Assembly (NCBI GenBank): GCA_025060715.1
Contig: JANXBG010000001.1
Coordinates: 30,345-94,344, forward strand
From: a candidate division WOR-3 bacterium
Lineage (GTDB): Bacteria > Hydrothermota > Tepidihabitantia > Tepidihabitantales > DTDR01
Length of the DNA: 64,000 nt
Reading direction: 5' to 3'
Part shown: one piece after another, positions 59,239 to 64,000 of the stretch
Position numbering within the stretch: position 1 is the first letter of the stretch
How the letters are laid out: each line of letters begins with the position of its first letter
Translations under genes and position numbers: made by a program
Notes under the pieces: model-generated
Told to the model about the DNA's origin: nothing
Seen by the model: the letters and a program-made list of their open reading frames with translations, nothing else
Database searches by the model: none

Positions 59239-59974
59239 AAAGGAAGTTATTTTTGAAGGTTTTGGTATCTATTTTAAAGAAAAGGTCTTATTAAAATGTT
59301 ATCCAGCAGAAACAGATACGGGAATAATAATAAATAATAAAAAATTATTAACAGATAATATAACTATTGAAAACCACACAACTGTTTTTAATAATAATGG
59401 AAATAAAATTTTTCTTATAGAACATTTTTTAGCAGTTCTTTTTTTATTAGGAATAGATAATTTAATCATAGAACTTTTCGGCAAAGAATTTCCTTTTTTG
59501 GATGGTAGTGGAAAAGAATATTATTTAAAACTAAAAAATTTAGTAGTTGATTTATATCCTTATAAAAAGAAGGTTATTGAAATTAAAAAAAGTTTATTAG
59601 TTTTTGATAACAACAATTTTATTTTACTATTGCCGAATGAAGAATTTTCTTGTTTAGTAATTGCTAATTTTCCAAATTATTTTTCTTGGCAGATTTTTAA
59701 ATTAAATAATAATTTTTCTCATATAATTTTTTCTCAAACACCGATTTCCAAAGAAATTTTAAAAGAAGAAGATATAAGTCTTTTAAGGGATTTAGGCTAT
59801 TATTATTATCATAATTGGTTTATAGGTAAAGGTCAATTTGTTTGTCATAAAATCTTTGATTTATTAGGGAATTTAAAGATTTTGAATAGAGAGATAAAAG
59901 GCAAGATTATTGCCTTTCGGCCCTCACATAAATTAAATTTAAAATTGGTAAGAAAATTAGAAAAACTTAATTAA
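59219..59974 (+). CDS. lpxC: UDP-3-O-acyl-N-acetylglucosamine deacetylase LpxC (short form)
   Basis: MFQRTIKKEVIFEGFGIYF...; EHFLAVLFLLGIDNLIIE...FPFLDGSG; HK..D..G (VCHKIFDLLGNL); RPSHKLN. Catalytic E/H/H/D/H all present; 251 aa. Confidence 0.8.
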   Translation: MFQRTIKKEVIFEGFGIYFKEKVLLKCYPAETDTGIIINNKKLLTDNITIENHTTVFNNNGNKIFLIEHFLAVLFLLGIDNLIIELFGKEFPFLDGSGKEYYLKLKNLVVDLYPYKKKVIEIKKSLLVFDNNNFILLLPNEEFSCLVIANFPNYFSWQIFKLNNNFSHIIFSQTPISKEILKEEDISLLRDLGYYYYHNWFIGKGQFVCHKIFDLLGNLKILNREIKGKIIAFRPSHKLNLKLVRKLEKLN

Positions 59975-59983
59975 GGAGGAAAA

Positions 59984-60424
59984 ATGGACATTGAAAAGAT
60001 TAGAGAGATTTTGCCCCATCGTTATCCTTTTTTATTTATTGATAAAATATTAAATATAGAAGAAAGTAAGATTATTGCTTTAAAACAAGTTACTTATAAT
60101 GAATGGTTTTTTATTGGCCATTTCCCTGATTTTCCAATAATGCCAGGTGTTTTAATGGTAGAAGCAATGGCCCAAGCGAGTGGTATTTTGATTTGTAAGA
60201 ATTTGGAAATGAATGAGAAAGATCTTATCCCTTTATTTTTAGGTATTGAAAAAATAAGATTTCGGAAGGCGGTAAAGCCGGGAGACACATTAATTATTGA
60301 AGCAGAATTGAAAAACAAAATGGGGAATATTTTTAAAGTAAGTGGCAAAATTGAAGTCAATAAACAAGTTGTTTGTGAAGGTGATTTGCTTTTAGGATTT
60401 GAAAAAAAAGAGAAAATATTATAA
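59984..60424 (+). CDS. fabZ: 3-hydroxyacyl-ACP dehydratase FabZ
   Basis: LPHRYPFLFIDKIL...GHFPDFPIMPGVLMVEAMAQ. Confidence 0.9.
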   Translation: MDIEKIREILPHRYPFLFIDKILNIEESKIIALKQVTYNEWFFIGHFPDFPIMPGVLMVEAMAQASGILICKNLEMNEKDLIPLFLGIEKIRFRKAVKPGDTLIIEAELKNKMGNIFKVSGKIEVNKQVVCEGDLLLGFEKKEKIL

Positions 60425-60426
60425 AA

Positions 60427-61209
60427 TTGAGAAAAATCTCTTCTTGGGCAAAAATATCTAAAAAAGCAATAATTGAAGATGAGGTAATTATTTATCCTTT
60501 TGTGGTAATTGAAGATAATGTCAAAATTGGTAGAGGAACAGAAATTTTTTCTAATGTGATAATTTTAAAGGGAACGGAGATAGGTGAAAATAATAAAATC
60601 TATCCAGGTTGTGTTTTAGGAGTTTTACCTTTTGATTTGAAATATCAGGGAGAAGAGTCTTATTTAAAGATTGGCAATAATAATATTATCCATGAAGGTA
60701 CAACAATTTCTAAAGCGACAGGAAAGGGAGAAGCGACAATTATTGGTGATAATAATTTTATAATGGCATATATCCATATTGCTCATAATTGTAAAATAGG
60801 AAATAATAATATCATTACTAATCATACTCAAATCGGTGGTCATTGTGAGATTTTTGATTATGTGAATATTGGTGGTAATTGTGGAATTCACCAATATGTG
60901 AGAATAGGTAGTTATGCTTTTGTAGGTGCCTTTTCTTATTTAAAGAAAGATTTATTGCCTTTTATGATTGGTGAAGGCAATCCTTTTAGAGTGTATGGAA
61001 TAAACAGTATTGGGCTTTTAAGGGCAAACTTTGATAAAGAAAAGATAGCAATTTTAAAAAAGGTATATAAAATTATCTATTTTTCTAAATTTAACTTATC
61101 CCAAGCAATTAATTATATAAATGAGAATTTACCAAAAATTCCCGAAATAGAATTAATTATTGATTTTATCAAAAAGACAAAAAGAGGAATCTGTTTAAGA
61201 AGTCCTTGA
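60427..61209 (+). CDS. lpxA: Acyl-ACP--UDP-GlcNAc O-acyltransferase LpxA
   Basis: Hexapeptide LbH plus the C-terminal helical domain (...GINSIGLLRANFDKEKIAILKKVYK...). Confidence 0.85.
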   Translation: MRKISSWAKISKKAIIEDEVIIYPFVVIEDNVKIGRGTEIFSNVIILKGTEIGENNKIYPGCVLGVLPFDLKYQGEESYLKIGNNNIIHEGTTISKATGKGEATIIGDNNFIMAYIHIAHNCKIGNNNIITNHTQIGGHCEIFDYVNIGGNCGIHQYVRIGSYAFVGAFSYLKKDLLPFMIGEGNPFRVYGINSIGLLRANFDKEKIAILKKVYKIIYFSKFNLSQAINYINENLPKIPEIELIIDFIKKTKRGICLRSP

Positions 61210-61213
61210 TTAT

Positions 61214-61241
61214 TGACTTATAAAAATTTTTAATCTATAAT
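61214..61241 (+). promoter_or_regulatory. Sigma-70-type promoter TTGACT-N16-TATAAT for the C25 peptidase gene
   Basis: -35 at 61214-61219 and -10 at 61236-61241. AAAGGAGGT SD before ATG 61282. Confidence 0.5.
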
Positions 61242-61281
61242 ATTTCATATGTATTTCTTTTGAAATTAAAAGGAGGTAGAA

Positions 61282-64000
61282 ATGCGTGTAAAAAATATTT
61301 TAATTATATTATTTTTTGTTAATCTTATTTTTTCGGGAAGTATTATTAAAGAATTCTCTTTTGAGAAAATTGATTTCAAAAAAATTGATAATTACGATTT
61401 AATTAATGTAGAAGGATGCGATGCCCGATTAGAAGAAGTTGGTAAGCCAATAATTCCTTTTAAGAATATTAACATCTTAATTCCACCAAGTGCAGAAATA
61501 AGTTCAATTGAAATTTTAGAATTAGAAAGAAAAGAACTTCCTGGTAATTATTATCTCTATCCTGCCCAAATGCCCAGACCGATTTCTGAATATGAAAAAG
61601 ATTATCCTTTTATAATTGACCAAGAATTTTATGAGAGAGAAGAAGAATATCCAGAAGAGATATATAGAATTATACCAAGCGGTTGTAAATCAGGTTTTCG
61701 GATTGGTGGTATTTTTCTTTTTCCATTACATTATATTCCAAAAGAGAAAAAGTTAATTCTTTATTCCAAGATAAGAATAAAAATTAATTATGAGGAAGGC
61801 AAATATGATGTTATTTGGCTGACAAGAAGTCAAAAGGAACTATTTTCAAAGGATTTAAAATATTTGGTAATTAATCCTGAGGATATTGAAAGATTTTCGC
61901 CACCAATAAGATTAAGCGATAATCCTGATATTGACTATGTTATTTTAACCGATACCAATTTAGTTTCTGCTTTTATTCCATTAAGAGATTGGTTAAGAAA
62001 AACCGGTTTATGGACAGAAATAAGGACAACTCAATGGGTAAATAATAATTATTCAGGAAGGGATTTACCCGAAAAAATTAGAAACTTTATAAAAAATTAT
62101 TTTCAAACTCAGGGTTTGAAATATGTCTTATTAGGCGGGGATGGTGATTATAATAATCCGATTGTGCCAACAAGACAGGCAGGTCCTTTGTCATATGGAA
62201 TTGTTGAACGATATATTGCTTGCGATTTATATTATGCTGATTTAGATTGGTCCTGGGACGGAAATAACAATAACCTTTTTGGGGAATGGACAGATGCCGA
62301 TACTGTTGATTTATATCATGATGTTTATATTGGCAGAATTCCTGTTGAGAATGCTTCTCATATCAGTAATTTTATAACAAAATTATCTAAATACTTAAAA
62401 ACACCTGATACGACTTATCAGAAAAAACTTCTTTTACCAGGTGCTTATTTATTCCCGGGTTATAATTATATGCTATCGCAAGAATCTATTGCCAATTTAA
62501 GTCCAAGTGGTTGGATAGATAGATTGCTTGACCAAGGGACAAATGATGCAAGAACCTATGAAGTAAGGGATTCAATAAATCAAAAGTTTCATTTTGTCCA
62601 CTTGGTTGCCCACGGAAATTATGCGGCAAGTTGGATAAACTATCAACCACAATATCATAGAAATCATACAGGCCAGCAGACAAATACTAATGCTTTATGT
62701 ATTATTAATGCTATCTCTTGCTATACTGCTCAGTTAGATTCTCCACCGAGTTATCGGAGTTGTCTTGCTGAATCAGCAATTACCGCACCAAATGCAGCAA
62801 TCGGTGTAATAATGAATACAAGATTTGGTTGGGGAACTCCTCCTTCTGTCGGTCCTTCGGAACGTTTAGATATAAGATTTTATGAACATTTCTTTATAAG
62901 GGATTCGGTTAGATTTTCTCCATGTCATCAGTCATCAAAAGAGAGATATAGAGATTTAGCAATCGTCGGGGGACATCCTCAATCAGCTCCTACATGGCGC
63001 TGGTGCTATTTTGAGTTAACCTTGTTTGGTGAACCTTCAATGTTAATGTGGAAGGATTATCCACAAAAAATGGTTGCCTATTTTCCAAGGACAATAGGAA
63101 CAGGAAATCAGGTATTTCCTTGCACGGTAAAAGCATTAACAGGAAGTCCTATAAATCAGGCATTAGTCTGTTTATGGAAAGGAAATGAAGTTTATCAAAC
63201 AGGTTATACAAATACAAATGGAATTGTTACATTTAATATTAATCCGACAAGTGCTGGTTATATGTATGTTACCGTAACAAAACCAAATTATATTCCTTAT
63301 GAAGATTCCAGTCAAGTTATTTTAATCTCTTATGATGTGGCAGTTACTCAAATTATCCAACCGATAGGAATTGTTGATTCGGGTGCGACAATTACCCCTC
63401 AGGCAAAGGTTAAAAATTTTGGTTTATATCCAGCAAGTTTTCAAGCAATTTTTAGGATTGGCACATTTTATAATCAGAGTGTAAGTTATAATAATTTACC
63501 TCCTGGTGGCGAAGTAATTTTAAATTTTCCAAGTTGGCAGGCATTACAAAGAGGAAGCCATATAGTTAAATGCACAGTTGTTTATACTCTTGACCAAATG
63601 CCTAATAATAATTTTTTAATTGATTCAGTTTTTGTTAGAGTTTTAGATGTTGCCGTTTTAGAGATTATTGCACCAACTGGTATAGTTGATTCAGGAACAA
63701 ATGTTATTCCTCGCGCAAGAATAAAAAATTATGGTAATGTTTCTTCTTCCTTTATTACCCGATTTAGGATTGGCACATTTTATAATCAAGAGCAAAATGT
63801 AAATTTAGGTCCTAATGAAGAGATTACTGTGAATTTTCCTTTATGGCAGGCAAACCAAAGGGGAAGCCATTCGGTTAAATGCACAGTTGCTTTAAGTGGT
63901 GATAGGCTTCCTAATAATAATTTTCAAATAACCAATGTCTTTGTTGTGGTAAAAGATGTCGGTGTTACCCAAATTGTTTCTCCCCAAGGAAATATTGATT
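61282..64000 (+). CDS. Gingipain-like cysteine peptidase (family C25) with tandem CARDB-like repeats; C-terminus beyond window
   Basis: My translation (the ORF is not in the track because it runs off the window). Signal peptide MRVKNILIILFFVNLIFSG; C25 propeptide/catalytic hallmarks ...GGDGDYNNPIVP..., FHFVHLVAHGNY (catalytic His) and NAISCYTAQ (catalytic Cys); then >=3 ~104-aa CARDB-like repeats (DVAVTQIIQP..., DVAVLEIIAP..., DVGVTQIVSP...). Confidence 0.7.
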   Translation, partial: MRVKNILIILFFVNLIFSGSIIKEFSFEKIDFKKIDNYDLINVEGCDARLEEVGKPIIPFKNINILIPPSAEISSIEILELERKELPGNYYLYPAQMPRPISEYEKDYPFIIDQEFYEREEEYPEEIYRIIPSGCKSGFRIGGIFLFPLHYIPKEKKLILYSKIRIKINYEEGKYDVIWLTRSQKELFSKDLKYLVINPEDIERFSPPIRLSDNPDIDYVILTDTNLVSAFIPLRDWLRKTGLWTEIRTTQWVNNNYSGRDLPEKIRNFIKNYFQTQGLKYVLLGGDGDYNNPIVPTRQAGPLSYGIVERYIACDLYYADLDWSWDGNNNNLFGEWTDADTVDLYHDVYIGRIPVENASHISNFITKLSKYLKTPDTTYQKKLLLPGAYLFPGYNYMLSQESIANLSPSGWIDRLLDQGTNDARTYEVRDSINQKFHFVHLVAHGNYAASWINYQPQYHRNHTGQQTNTNALCIINAISCYTAQLDSPPSYRSCLAESAITAPNAAIGVIMNTRFGWGTPPSVGPSERLDIRFYEHFFIRDSVRFSPCHQSSKERYRDLAIVGGHPQSAPTWRWCYFELTLFGEPSMLMWKDYPQKMVAYFPRTIGTGNQVFPCTVKALTGSPINQALVCLWKGNEVYQTGYTNTNGIVTFNINPTSAGYMYVTVTKPNYIPYEDSSQVILISYDVAVTQIIQPIGIVDSGATITPQAKVKNFGLYPASFQAIFRIGTFYNQSVSYNNLPPGGEVILNFPSWQALQRGSHIVKCTVVYTLDQMPNNNFLIDSVFVRVLDVAVLEIIAPTGIVDSGTNVIPRARIKNYGNVSSSFITRFRIGTFYNQEQNVNLGPNEEITVNFPLWQANQRGSHSVKCTVALSGDRLPNNNFQITNVFVVVKDVGVTQIVSPQGNID
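63331..64000 (+). repeat. Tandem ~312-bp intragenic repeats encoding CARDB-like domains
   Basis: The 23-mer AGGATTGGCACATTTTATAATCA occurs at 63454 and 63766 (312 bp apart). Protein repeats RIGTFYNQ...NFP.WQA.QRGSH.VKCTV recur. Confidence 0.8.

Noticed and set aside
1-64000. Scanned for CRISPR arrays, IS elements, prophage genes, toxin-antitoxin pairs and rRNA genes.
   Set aside because: No repeat-spacer arrays, no transposase or recombinase ORFs, no phage structural genes, and no rRNA-like conserved stretches.

Overview
AT-rich (~30% GC), very compact bacterial chromosome segment from a diderm organism: it carries LPS genes (lpxA/C/D), skp and several beta-barrel OMP-like proteins. No transposase, integrase, CRISPR array or rRNA gene is present. 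Most of the window is housekeeping, in five blocks. (1) A minus-strand heat-shock/ribosome block: grpE-dnaK-[novel small ORF]-dnaJ-rsmE-rpsU-mutS2. (2) A divergent PF04008-asnS operon and a minus-strand rdgB / GDP-mannose pyrophosphorylase unit. (3) A minus-strand folC-rsmI-CDP-alcohol phosphatidyltransferase-hflX operon. (4) A complete dcw cell-division / peptidoglycan cluster, mraZ-rsmH-ftsL-ftsI-murE-mraY-murD-ftsW-murG-murC-murB-ftsA-ftsZ, with no murF, ddl or ftsQ. (5) infA-map-adk, rimI, a nitroreductase, tRNA-Arg(CCG), rplM-rpsI-rpsB-tsf-pyrH-frr-uppS-cdsA, glyQ, cmk-plsC-ispH-rpsA-MTTase-skp-lpxD-lpxC-fabZ-lpxA. The accessory content is as follows. (a) A 150-aa chimera of sigma-70 region 4 and a DnaK-lid-like helix, inserted between dnaK and dnaJ. 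(b) An envelope-protein cluster (lipoproteins plus a small OMP) driven by two near-identical promoter modules. (c) A 990-aa repeat-containing OMP next to the tRNA. (d) A five-gene, translationally coupled exopolysaccharide locus resembling Pga/PNAG but rearranged, headed by a BcsE-like pseudo-ATPase with a degenerate GGDEF domain. (e) An RNase HIII-like gene, a DUF438/hemerythrin/PAS sensor and arsC. (f) A gingipain-like C25 peptidase with tandem CARDB repeats running off the window end. Genes are often translationally coupled through ATGA overlaps. Convergent genes sit 3-6 bp apart. Several operon heads look leaderless.
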